From contig NC_007517.1 in NCBI RefSeq assembly GCF_000012925.1, positions 3,180,001-3,212,000 of the forward strand: DNA of 32,000 bases, in the 5' to 3' direction. Both the position numbers and the translations under genes were made by a program. Positions 1 through 8,219 of this stretch are shown here, piece by piece; the stretch's first letter is position 1, and each line of letters begins with the position of its first letter. The notes below the pieces were generated by a model. It was given only the letters and a program-made list of their open reading frames with translations. It was not told where the DNA came from and searched no databases. The DNA comes from Geobacter metallireducens GS-15 (GTDB lineage: Bacteria; Desulfobacterota; Desulfuromonadia; Geobacterales; Geobacteraceae).

Positions 1-239
1 CGGATCCGGCTGCCGGCATCGTCATCTCCCACCACACCCGCGAAGCGGCAGGGTATCCCGAGCCGCGCCAAGGCCACCAGCGCCGTGGCCGTGGGCCCGC
101 CAGCCTGTTCCGCCCAGACCGCGGCTTCGGCCTTGCTGTCGGGGGACGGATAGGAATCGACCACCGCAAGGGTATCCCAGCAGCACTGTCCCAAGCCTGT
201 CGCTACAATCGCACGCCCCCCGTTACGGCCAGTTCCCAT
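1..239 (-). CDS. PfkB-family carbohydrate/ribokinase-like kinase, N-terminal part only (continues past the window start)
   Basis: Manual reverse translation from the ATG at 239 gives MGTGRNGGRAIVATGLGQCCWDTLAVVDSYPSPDSKAEAAVWAEQAGGPTATALVALARLGIPCRFAGVVGDDDAGSRI. This has the typical PfkB N-terminus (GxG..D, GG..N/T.A..LARLG). It is not in the ORF track because it runs off the edge. Confidence 0.7.
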   Translation of the reverse strand, partial: MGTGRNGGRAIVATGLGQCCWDTLAVVDSYPSPDSKAEAAVWAEQAGGPTATALVALARLGIPCRFAGVVGDDDAGSRI

Positions 240-291
240 GGTTTTCCATTATCCCCATTACATCAATTGGCGTCCGTTAGTAAAACATCAT

Positions 292-320
292 TTGCATGGC
301 GGCACCCTTGGCTTTACTAT
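292..320 (+). promoter_or_regulatory. Candidate sigma-70 promoter (TTGCAT-N17-TACTAT) for the 375..749 gene
   Basis: Hexamers TTGCAT (292-297) and TACTAT (315-320) have a 17-nt spacer and lie about 55 nt upstream of the start codon. This is a motif match only. Confidence 0.3.
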
Positions 321-333
321 TAAACGAATGCAA

Positions 334-350
334 CCGGCACGGAGTGCCGG
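334..350. promoter_or_regulatory. Perfect 7-3-7 palindrome CCGGCAC-gga-GTGCCGG between the candidate promoter and the RBS (operator or 5'-UTR hairpin)
   Basis: The arms at 334-340 and 344-350 are exact reverse complements. The AAAGGAG RBS follows at about 362. Confidence 0.3.
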
Positions 351-374
351 AATCCCGGAGCAAAGGAGTGCACC

Positions 375-749
375 ATGAGACCGTTTATTGTGGCAACCGC
401 AGCCCTTTTGGCCCTTTCCATCCTTCATCCCCCCACGGTACCAGCCAGCGAAGAACAACCCGCACAGCAGGAAAAGAACGGCGGCGACACGGAGCGAAAG
501 GCCTCGGAAATCGGCCGAAAGATCGACGAGCTGGACGCAAAGATGAAGCAGGCTACGGAGGAGACCAAAGCAGCCTTCGCCCGGGAGATGGCCGATCTGC
601 GCAAGCAGCAGGACGCCCTCCGCGAAAAGATGGAGGAGATGAAGGGGGCCAGCGGCAAAGCATGGAAAGAGATGAAAGCCGGAACGGAAAAGGCCCTCCA
701 TGAATTGCAGAAGTCATACGACCGGGCACGGGAGCGGTTCAGGGAGTAA
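375..749 (+). CDS. Small secreted/periplasmic charged coiled-coil protein (hypothetical), 124 aa
   Basis: ATG is preceded by AAAGGAG. The N-terminal signal peptide is MRPFIVATAALLALSILHPPTVPA / SEEQ. The remainder is K/E/A-rich with heptad-like helices. I recognise no family. Confidence 0.65.
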   Translation: MRPFIVATAALLALSILHPPTVPASEEQPAQQEKNGGDTERKASEIGRKIDELDAKMKQATEETKAAFAREMADLRKQQDALREKMEEMKGASGKAWKEMKAGTEKALHELQKSYDRARERFRE

Positions 750-755
750 CTCCTT

Positions 756-1382
756 TCATGTTCCGAGCAGCTCGGCCAGTTCATCGAGGCTCTCCACGGC
801 GATATCGGTCAGTTCCGGCCAACGGAAGTTCCCGCTGCGGTCCACGTGGACGGTGGCGGCGCCGGATGCCCGGCCGCTCTGGAGATCGAAGAGGTAGTCC
901 CCAACCATCACCATGGACCTCCCCGTGGCCCCCCACCGGGTAGAGAGGATTGCGAGGCCGTGGGGATCAGGCTTCGGCTGGGCATCGTGGCGCCCCAGGA
1001 CATCGTCCGGCGCGAAACGCCCCCCGACGCCGATGGTTTCCAGCACCCGCAGGGCAATCTCCCGGGTGTTGCGGGTCACGATCCCGAGACTCTTCCCCCG
1101 GCGGTGGAGCGTCTCCACGAGGCGCACCGCCCCTGCCGCCGGCTCGGCACGGGCCGCCAGACATTCCTCGATCTCGTCGAGCCGCTGGTGAAGGCGCCGC
1201 GCCTCCTCCTCGGGAAGCGACTCGATATGCCCCAGGATATCGGTCCCATCCGGGATGCCGAGGTCGGCCCGGATGGCCGCGAAGTCATGGACCGGCACGG
1301 TCAGGGTGCCATCGAGGTCAAATACCCAGTGGGGCCGTGCCATGATCTCGGCAATACTGGCCATGGACGTGCGGTGCTCCAT
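756..1382 (-). CDS. HAD-superfamily hydrolase (phosphoglycolate-phosphatase-like), 208 aa
   Basis: Motif I is FDLDGTLT, motif II is IVTRN, and motif III is K..DPHGL plus VGDYLFD. I prefer the start at ATG 1382 (MEHRTSM..) because AAAGGAGAG lies 4 nt upstream. The track ORF extends to 1436. Confidence 0.85.
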   Translation of the reverse strand: MEHRTSMASIAEIMARPHWVFDLDGTLTVPVHDFAAIRADLGIPDGTDILGHIESLPEEEARRLHQRLDEIEECLAARAEPAAGAVRLVETLHRRGKSLGIVTRNTREIALRVLETIGVGGRFAPDDVLGRHDAQPKPDPHGLAILSTRWGATGRSMVMVGDYLFDLQSGRASGAATVHVDRSGNFRWPELTDIAVESLDELAELLGT

Positions 1383-1465
1383 CGTCTCTCCTTTTTGCGC
1401 CGCCGTGCGCTCTATCGATCCATAGTACCAAACCACGGCGCAAAAAAAGAAGTTAAACGCACATA

Positions 1466-1493
1466 ATTATAATAGTTATAATTTTAAGCACAA
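1466..1493 (-). promoter_or_regulatory. Candidate sigma-70 promoter (TTGTGC-N16-TATAAT) for the HAD gene, inside a short AT-rich island
   Basis: The minus strand reads TTGTGC (1493-1488), a 16-nt spacer, then a perfect TATAAT (1471-1466). TTATAAT occurs twice, 10 bp apart. Confidence 0.4.
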
Positions 1494-1620
1494 TCCGTGC
1501 CGTCCAGGAGCCATGCCGCTCACGGGAAAGGTCGCCGGCGCCGGCGCAGTTTCGCGATGGACAGGGGATGAGCCGGAAGTTGGTTCCTACACGGGCCTGA
1601 GAGCATTTTCCCCACAGATT

Positions 1621-2796
1621 TTACTCCGTTGCTCCGTTGCCCCGTGTTTCAAATGTTTTTGGCAATTCAACGATCTTGCCGCCGGGAAGAAGCCGGAACA
1701 GGTTTCCCCGCCAGCGGACGCGGTTTCCCGCGAAGGAGAGGGCCCAGGTGGCGAAGGCGAGGAAGTCCCGCAGGGGAAGGAGCCAGAGCCAGCGGGGAAA
1801 AATGCCGTCCTTCACGTAACAGCGGCTGAAGGCCATGGCCACGGCGGCGCGGACTAGGTAGAGGAGGAGGACGGCCCCCCAGCCGGCGCCGGAAAATCCG
1901 GAAAGGGCCAGCGCCAGACAGGCCATGGGAAATGACTGGGTGATGCCGGAGCCGAGGTAGCCGCCGGGGCGCGAGACCCGCATGGTGCGCGACCAGCGGA
2001 GCTGGCGGGAGAGGACCGTGGCCAGATCCTCCCGGTGCATGACGCTCTCCACGAAGCAGTCGGAGAGTTCCAGCCGCCACCCCACCTTGTGGACCTTGTT
2101 GCCGAGCTGGTAGTCGTCGGCCAGGTAATCGGCCAGGGCGGCAAAGCCGCCGATTGCCTCCAGAGCCTCCCGGCGCACCGCCATGGAGGCCCCCAGGGCA
2201 AAGGAGAGCCCCTCCAGCTTCATGGCCACCATGACGTTGGGAATCATCTCCACCGTGAATCCCATGGCCTCCACGGCCGTGGCGGCGCCCGCCACGCCGG
2301 GGCTGCGGTAGAGGGAGGTGACGAGCCCCACCTGTTGGTCGGCGAAGGGGGCCGCCACCTCCCGGAGGTAGTCGGGGGAGACCCGGATGTCGCTGTCGCA
2401 GACGATGAGGAGATCGTGCTTTGCCTTGGGGCAGGCGTTGATCAGGTTCGAGACCTTGTGGTTCGGGCCGTGGATGGTGGCGTCCACCACCAGCTCCATG
2501 TCGATGGCGGGAAACTCCCCCATGAGCCGCCCGATGACGGGAATCACCGGGTCGGCGGGGTCAGCGACGGCAAAGACGATCTGCCACGGGGCAGGATACT
2601 CCTGGCGACAGAAGGAGGCGAAGTTGTCAAAGCTCCCGGCGTCCATCCCCTTTACCGGCTTGAGGATCGAAATGGGGGGCGTGTGCCCCGGCGCGGGGCG
2701 CCGGCGGCCAAAGTAGGACCGGGCGCAACCGAGGGCGATAACGCCGTAGGCAAGGGGAGGGAGGATGCAGAGAAACGGGAGCACCGTGGTGAGCAT
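1621..2796 (-). CDS. GT2/GT21 ceramide-glucosyltransferase-like glycosyltransferase, HpnI-like (hopanoid-associated glycosyltransferase family), 391 aa
   Basis: N-terminal TM helix, ILKPVKG, the DSD catalytic motif (IVCDSDIRV), the QLRWSRT (Q/RxxRW) motif and C-terminal TM helices match the Glyco_transf_21/HpnI architecture. No hpnJ/hpnK lies adjacent, so the HpnI assignment is tentative. Confidence 0.8.
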   Translation of the reverse strand: MLTTVLPFLCILPPLAYGVIALGCARSYFGRRRPAPGHTPPISILKPVKGMDAGSFDNFASFCRQEYPAPWQIVFAVADPADPVIPVIGRLMGEFPAIDMELVVDATIHGPNHKVSNLINACPKAKHDLLIVCDSDIRVSPDYLREVAAPFADQQVGLVTSLYRSPGVAGAATAVEAMGFTVEMIPNVMVAMKLEGLSFALGASMAVRREALEAIGGFAALADYLADDYQLGNKVHKVGWRLELSDCFVESVMHREDLATVLSRQLRWSRTMRVSRPGGYLGSGITQSFPMACLALALSGFSGAGWGAVLLLYLVRAAVAMAFSRCYVKDGIFPRWLWLLPLRDFLAFATWALSFAGNRVRWRGNLFRLLPGGKIVELPKTFETRGNGATE

Positions 2797-2954
2797 AATG
2801 CCGAAAACCTCGCGGGATTGTTCTTGCGCCTATTTACCCCTGTTCGCGGAGCCATTGCAACGCAAAACTCGTCCAGACCGGGGTTTGCCTCTTGCGAAGA
2901 CGGCTCGCCGTGAACTACTATCGGCCTGACCGTTCACAAACAGGAAACAGCCCG

Positions 2955-5117
2955 ATGACACTCCCCCATGCCGACATCGACATAGAGATGCTCTCGACAC
3001 TGGTCATCGAGATGAACATCCTCCGCCGCCACGTGACCGCCTACCCGGCGGGCCACCCGGTCACCCGGGACGCGGCCGTGAAGGTGGCCAGCCTCCTGAA
3101 TCGGCTCCTGGACAGGGCCGAGAGTGTTACCCTCGGCATTGCCAGGGACACGATCCTGTTCGGCGACCACCCCCTCGACCGCAGAAACCCCGTCTACCGC
3201 GATTTCGCCCGGGCACTCTCCGACCGGGGGGTCGTTGCCCTCACCTGCCACCGTCACCTGGACGCCGACGAACTTATCCGGTTCGGGGCACTTCTCTCGC
3301 GAAGCCGCGATGAGATCGGCGCCGGCGGCGGGATCGAAGCGGTCGCCCGGGCGGAAGGGCTGACACGCCTGGAGGTGCGGGGGGTCAACTATGACCTCTT
3401 CAGGGTCACCGAGGAAGAGGAGCTCACGGGCCAGCCGGAAGGGGGGAGCGGTTCGGCGTCCCTCTGGGAGCAGTTCGTCAGGGGGCTTCTGGACGGGACC
3501 ATCGATCCCCTGGGCGATGCGACGGCGAAGCGCCCTCCCCTCGACCCCCTCCTTCTGGCCCAGGTGCTGAACGGCCACGCCTTCGGCAACCAGGGAGGTC
3601 CGGACACAGCCTATGACGCGGTGATCGCGTCCTTCATGCGCCGCATGGACCGGGATTCCGACGGAGAGCAGACGGCCCGGGAGTGCGCCGAACGGTTCGG
3701 GACCCTCGTGGAGTCCCTCACCCCGGAGCGGCGCCATCAATTCCTCGGCAAAGCCTTCACCTCCCTGGCCGAACGCCCGGACGCGGCCCGCCGGCTCGTG
3801 GCATCCGTGGATGACGGCATCATCCTCGACACCATCGCGGACCTGAACGACCGCAACGTCACCATTCCCCCGATCATCCTGAACCTCTGCCGGAAACTCG
3901 GCGCATCCCAAAACGACAGTGCCCCCCCCCTCTCCCGGACAGAGGCCCTGCGGGTGGGGCACAGGCTCGGCACCGTGCTCCGGGAGGGAAATTTCGATCA
4001 GTACATCCCCGACGCCTACCAGGGGAATCTCGAGCAGATCGTTGCCGCCGGAAAGATCGCCTCGGGGCTTGCCGAGTCAGGGGACCTGAAGGCACTGCTC
4101 CAGGGGGAAAACCATGAGGCAAAGGTGGGGGCCATCATCCTCGAAGTCCTGGAATCAGACCCCGAGGGAGAAACCTTCGGCATGGAGGAAAGCCTCGGCG
4201 AACTCTGCGCGTACTATCTGGACGCGGGCGATTTCACAGCCCTCAGGGCCGTCTGCGACCATCTCCCCTCCCCGGGAGAAGCGCCGTCAACACCACTTCA
4301 ACAGCGGCTTCTGACATCAATCGCGACACCATCCTTCACGACCCCGCTGATGGCAACCCCGGTCGTGTGGGGAAAAGAGCGTTATGACGACATCCGCGCC
4401 GTCATCACCCGCATCGGCTTTCCCTGCGTGGCGCCTCTCCTTGACCGGCTGGCCGAAGAGGAAAGCATGTCGCTTCGGCGCTACTACGTGGCGTGCCTCC
4501 TGTCGCTGGGACAAGCAGCCTATGGGGAAGTCGTGGCGCGTCTGGACGACGGGCGCTGGTACTATGTCCGCAATCTCGTGGCGATTCTGCGGGGACTCAA
4601 CGACCCCGCCGCTATCCACCCCCTGCACCGCCTCCTGAACCACCCGCACCCCCGGGTGCGCCAGGAGACCCTCCGGACCCTGGTCCATTTCCGGGATCCC
4701 GAGGGGGAACGGATGCTCCTGCGGGAACTGAGAAGCGGAAACCGTGAAACGCTCCTGACCGCCATCCAGCTCGCGGACCGCAGCCGCAGCCCCCGAGTAC
4801 GGGAGCGACTGCTGGGGCTCCTGCACAAGGGGGGGATTACCGGCCCCGATTTCGACGTTCGCTGCGCCGTGGTCAGGGCACTGGCCGAAACGGGGGACCC
4901 GGCGGTGCTCCCCGACCTGGCACGCATCCTCCGCTCCCGGAGCATCCTCCGCACCGCCTCCGTGACGCGCCTCAAGGTCGAGATTGCCCGATCCCTCGCC
5001 CGGTATCCCGCCACGGACGCGCTTTCCCTTGCCCGGGAAGCGGCCGCTTCGGGGGTACCCGAGCTGGAGCAGGCCGCCCGGCAAACCCTGCGGACCATGA
5101 CAGGGAGGCGCCCATGA
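2955..5117 (+). CDS. HEAT/PBS-lyase-repeat protein with an N-terminal module shared with the downstream HD-GYP protein, 720 aa
   Basis: The C-terminal third contains repeated HEAT-like units (..DPAAIHPLHRLLNHPHPRVRQETLRTL.., ..SPRVRERLLGLL.., ..DVRCAVVRALAETGDPAVLPDLARIL..). I prefer ATG 2955 (AGGAAA 8 nt upstream) over the TTG at 2892. The stop overlaps the next start as ATGA. Confidence 0.8.
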   Translation: MTLPHADIDIEMLSTLVIEMNILRRHVTAYPAGHPVTRDAAVKVASLLNRLLDRAESVTLGIARDTILFGDHPLDRRNPVYRDFARALSDRGVVALTCHRHLDADELIRFGALLSRSRDEIGAGGGIEAVARAEGLTRLEVRGVNYDLFRVTEEEELTGQPEGGSGSASLWEQFVRGLLDGTIDPLGDATAKRPPLDPLLLAQVLNGHAFGNQGGPDTAYDAVIASFMRRMDRDSDGEQTARECAERFGTLVESLTPERRHQFLGKAFTSLAERPDAARRLVASVDDGIILDTIADLNDRNVTIPPIILNLCRKLGASQNDSAPPLSRTEALRVGHRLGTVLREGNFDQYIPDAYQGNLEQIVAAGKIASGLAESGDLKALLQGENHEAKVGAIILEVLESDPEGETFGMEESLGELCAYYLDAGDFTALRAVCDHLPSPGEAPSTPLQQRLLTSIATPSFTTPLMATPVVWGKERYDDIRAVITRIGFPCVAPLLDRLAEEESMSLRRYYVACLLSLGQAAYGEVVARLDDGRWYYVRNLVAILRGLNDPAAIHPLHRLLNHPHPRVRQETLRTLVHFRDPEGERMLLRELRSGNRETLLTAIQLADRSRSPRVRERLLGLLHKGGITGPDFDVRCAVVRALAETGDPAVLPDLARILRSRSILRTASVTRLKVEIARSLARYPATDALSLAREAAASGVPELEQAARQTLRTMTGRRP

Positions 5118-6232
5118 ACCGGAGTGCCCTGGAACCGCTGCGCAACGCCGTGCGGCACCTGGTAACCGCCGTCTCCAGCGCGGCCCTCTACTCCTTTGAC
5201 CACCAGCAGGTGACGCGGCTGCGGGCCGTAACCCTTGACAACCTGACGACCACTCTGCAGGAGGAGCCCGACATCTCCCTCGTCATCATCGGCGACGAAC
5301 TTCTTGCAGGGGGAGTCTCCCTCGATACGGGCCTCTACGTGGGGAGGTTCGTGGAAATGCTGCGGGCGCGGGGGATAGGACACATCCGGTTTCTCCAGGG
5401 GATCACCGGGGAGGAGCTGTCATCCCTGGCCGCCTCCCTCGGAGGAGGGCAAAAGGGGGGAGAGATCCGGTCAACGGAGCATATCCGTCTCGGCAGGGTG
5501 GAGGTGCGCTTCAACCGGTCCGGAGAGGGAGACGAGAAGGATCCCCTCGCCGATTTCACGACCGAGGAGGTCACCCGCATAACCGAGCTCTACGAGGATG
5601 TCGCCCGGAACCGGAAACTGCAGGCCGCCGGCATCGCCGACGTGGTCGGGGGGATCATCACGGCCCTGCGGGAGCAGGCCCGCCCCCTCATGGCCCTGGC
5701 CCCCCTGCGCGACTTGGACGAATACACCTTCGCCCACTCGGTCAACGTCTGCATTCTCAACCTTGCCCAGGCCATGTCATTGGGAATCGACGGGCCGCTC
5801 CTGCAGGAGATCGGCATTGCCGGCCTCCTCCACGACATCGGCAAGATGTTCGTCCCGCGGGAGATCCTCACCAAGCCGGCGCAGCTCACCGAGGACGAAT
5901 GGCGCATCATGCGCCGCCACCCCCACCAGGGGGCCCGCTGCCTCATCGAAACGCCCGGAGTGCCCCATCTGGCAGCGGTGGCGGCCTTCGAGCACCACAT
6001 GAAGCATGACTTCTCCGGCTATCCGGAAGTGCCCCCCGGCTGGAGCCAGAGCCTCGTCAGTGAGATGACCTCCATCTCCGACTTTTTCGACGCGCTTCGT
6101 ACCCGCCGGGCCTACAGCGACTCCGTGGAACTGCGCCAGATCGCCGGCATGCTCCTTGACCGGCGGGGGCGGGAGTTCCATCCTCTCCTCACCCGCAACT
6201 TTCTCCTGATCCTGAGCCGGATGATGGCGTGA
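5114..6232 (+). CDS. HD-GYP domain phosphohydrolase (putative c-di-GMP phosphodiesterase), 372 aa
   Basis: HD motif LLHDIGKMFVP, then HHMKHDFSGYP (the GYP signature). GGGAGG RBS lies 6 nt upstream. ATGA overlap with the upstream gene at 5114-5117. Confidence 0.9.
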   Translation: MNRSALEPLRNAVRHLVTAVSSAALYSFDHQQVTRLRAVTLDNLTTTLQEEPDISLVIIGDELLAGGVSLDTGLYVGRFVEMLRARGIGHIRFLQGITGEELSSLAASLGGGQKGGEIRSTEHIRLGRVEVRFNRSGEGDEKDPLADFTTEEVTRITELYEDVARNRKLQAAGIADVVGGIITALREQARPLMALAPLRDLDEYTFAHSVNVCILNLAQAMSLGIDGPLLQEIGIAGLLHDIGKMFVPREILTKPAQLTEDEWRIMRRHPHQGARCLIETPGVPHLAAVAAFEHHMKHDFSGYPEVPPGWSQSLVSEMTSISDFFDALRTRRAYSDSVELRQIAGMLLDRRGREFHPLLTRNFLLILSRMMA

Positions 6233-8138
6233 TTTTCACCGCCACCGTGCAGATGTCGTCCGCAGGGGGCCTGCCGCCGGTGAATGCGGCCAGTTCCGAC
6301 AGCACGGCCTCGATGACCGCCTCGGGCTCCTCGCCGTGGAGCGACGCCAGGAGGGCACTGAGGCGGCCGACCCCGAAAAGCTCTCCGCTGCCGTTATCGG
6401 ACTCGGTGATCCCGTCGGTGTAGAGGAGCAGGATATCTCCCGGCGCCAGCCGCACCTCCCGCTCCTCGAACGTCACCTGGGGTTTTACCCCGAGGATGAG
6501 CCCATCCGCGTCCAGTTCCAGACACCTCCCCTCGGCCCGCCGGTAGAGGAGCGGCGGGTTGTGCCCCGCGCTGGCGTAGGTGAGGATGCCCGATGTCGGC
6601 CGGTAGGAGGCGTAGAACATGGTGGTGAAGAGCTCCGCCCGGGTGAGGTCTTCGTAGAGGTTCTCATTGAGGGATCTGACGATGGCGGCAGGGGAACCGC
6701 CGGAGCGGGCCTGGGTGCGGATAACGCTGCGGGCCTCGGTCATGATGAGGGCCGCGCCGACACTATGGCCCGAGACGTCGGCGATAACCGTGTCGAAGGA
6801 ACCGTCGTCCCGGGGGAAGAAGTCATAGTAGTCTCCCCCCACATGGGCCGCGGGAACCCACCGCCCGGCGCAACGGACTCCCGCGACGACCGGAGGGGCC
6901 GACGGCAGGAGCGCCCCCTGGATCTGCCGCGCCAGCTCCATGTCGCAGGACATGCGGGCATTCTCCAGGAGTGCCTCCTGGGCACGCTTGCGCTCGGTCA
7001 CGTCCTCCTTGATGGCGACATAGTGGCGAACCACTCCCGCCTCATCCACCACGGGGGTAATGGTCTGGGCCTCGGGGTAGAGGGAACCGTCCTTGCGGCG
7101 GTTGATCATCTCGCCGCGCCAGACCTTTCCGGCCCGGATCGTCTCCCAGAGATCCCGGTAAAACTCCTCGCCGTGGACCCCCGACTTGAGGATGCCGAGA
7201 CCGCGGCCGGCGATTTCCTCCAGGGTGTAGCCGGTAAGATTCGTGAAGGCGGGATTGACCCAGATGACCCGCCCGCCGGGATCGCTGATGACAATGGCGT
7301 TCGCCGCGGCATTCAGCGCGGCGCTCCGGAGGCCCAACTCGATTTCGGCGGTCTTGCGGGCGGTGATGTCCGCGATGAGGCCGTCGTAGGCCGCGAGTCC
7401 CCCTAACTCGTCATAGCGGGGAACGATGGTGTTCCGAACCCAGCGGATGGAGCCGTCCTTGTGGATGATCCGGTGTTCCATGGAGGGGATGTCTTCACCC
7501 TCCAGAAGCTGCTGCGTCTGCTCCGTCACCCGCTGCTTGTCCTCTTCGTGGATCATCCGGTACCAGAGGAACGGATCCCCCTCGAACTCTTCGGGGCCAT
7601 AGCCGGTGACCGCCGCGCAGCCGGGACCGTGGTATGTTGCCACAACGTCCCCCCCACGGACCTCCACCGTATAGATGTAGTCGGTAACAGCCGCCACGAG
7701 CCGGCGATAGCGGAGTTCGCTGGTCAGGAGCGCCTCCTCCGCCTCCCGTTTCTTCCGGCGCAGCTCCGCCTCCTTCAACTCCCGCTGGATGGCGGGGACG
7801 AGCCGCGAAATGTTCCCCTTAATGAAATAGTCGTTAGCCCCCGCCCTCATGGCCCCCACCGCCGTATCTTCGCCGATCTTCCCCGAAACGATGATGAAGG
7901 GGGCATCAAAACCGCTCTGGCGCCAGATATTGAGGGCATCAATCCCGCTGAAGCGGGGGAGCACGTAGTCGGAAAGGGCGATGTCCCACTGCCGGCCGGC
8001 AATGGCCTCCATCATGGCCTCAGGGGTCTCGACCCGCACGTACTCGGGCTCGTACCCCCCTTTCCTGAGTTCGAGGAGAATCAGAAGGGCATCGTCTTCG
8101 GAATCTTCGATGATCAGGACGCGGAGCGGAGTTGCCAT
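6189..8138 (-). CDS. Response-regulator receiver - PAS - PAS - PP2C/SpoIIE serine phosphatase fusion, 649 aa
   Basis: REC is shown by RVLIIEDSEDD ... DIALSDYVLP ... KGN. Two PAS/PAC modules follow (..IHKDGSIRWV.., ..RRKDGSLYPE..). The SpoIIE/PP2C part has GGDYYDF, IADVSGHSVGAAL and LLLYTDGITE. Start chosen at ATG 8138 (MATPLRVLII) with GAGGAA upstream. Confidence 0.9.
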   Translation of the reverse strand: MATPLRVLIIEDSEDDALLILLELRKGGYEPEYVRVETPEAMMEAIAGRQWDIALSDYVLPRFSGIDALNIWRQSGFDAPFIIVSGKIGEDTAVGAMRAGANDYFIKGNISRLVPAIQRELKEAELRRKKREAEEALLTSELRYRRLVAAVTDYIYTVEVRGGDVVATYHGPGCAAVTGYGPEEFEGDPFLWYRMIHEEDKQRVTEQTQQLLEGEDIPSMEHRIIHKDGSIRWVRNTIVPRYDELGGLAAYDGLIADITARKTAEIELGLRSAALNAAANAIVISDPGGRVIWVNPAFTNLTGYTLEEIAGRGLGILKSGVHGEEFYRDLWETIRAGKVWRGEMINRRKDGSLYPEAQTITPVVDEAGVVRHYVAIKEDVTERKRAQEALLENARMSCDMELARQIQGALLPSAPPVVAGVRCAGRWVPAAHVGGDYYDFFPRDDGSFDTVIADVSGHSVGAALIMTEARSVIRTQARSGGSPAAIVRSLNENLYEDLTRAELFTTMFYASYRPTSGILTYASAGHNPPLLYRRAEGRCLELDADGLILGVKPQVTFEEREVRLAPGDILLLYTDGITESDNGSGELFGVGRLSALLASLHGEEPEAVIEAVLSELAAFTGGRPPADDICTVAVKITPSSGSGSGESCG

Positions 8139-8169
8139 AGGGTTCCTCGATGGGAAAAATGTCATGTTC

Positions 8170-8197
8170 ATTGTACTACGGGAGGAGCCGCGGACAA
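8170..8197 (-). promoter_or_regulatory. Candidate sigma-70 promoter (TTGTCC-N16-TACAAT) for the REC-PAS-PP2C gene
   Basis: Hexamer match on the minus strand, 32-59 nt upstream of ATG 8138. Motif only. Confidence 0.3.
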
Positions 8198-8219
8198 GCG
8201 TCAACGGGAAAGGACGGGC

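Noticed and set aside
288-784. Alternative ORFs overlapping the small secreted protein gene (296-703 plus strand, 288-701 and 425-784 minus strand)
   Set aside because: Only the 375-749 frame has a good RBS, a canonical signal peptide and a coherent helical sequence. The others are R/G/S-rich frame shadows.
1513-1857. A 114-aa plus-strand ORF spanning the GT/HAD spacer and running antisense into the glycosyltransferase gene
   Set aside because: It has no RBS, two-thirds of it overlaps the well-supported GT gene in antisense, and its composition is typical of a shadow frame.
2909-2937. Inverted repeat GTGAAC-N16-GTTCAC upstream of the HEAT gene, and its resemblance to the GCGTGAACC direct repeats at 23941-23965
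   Set aside because: The arms are only 6 bp and the shared core (CGTGAAC) is short enough to recur by chance in 32 kb, so there is not enough to claim a common regulator.
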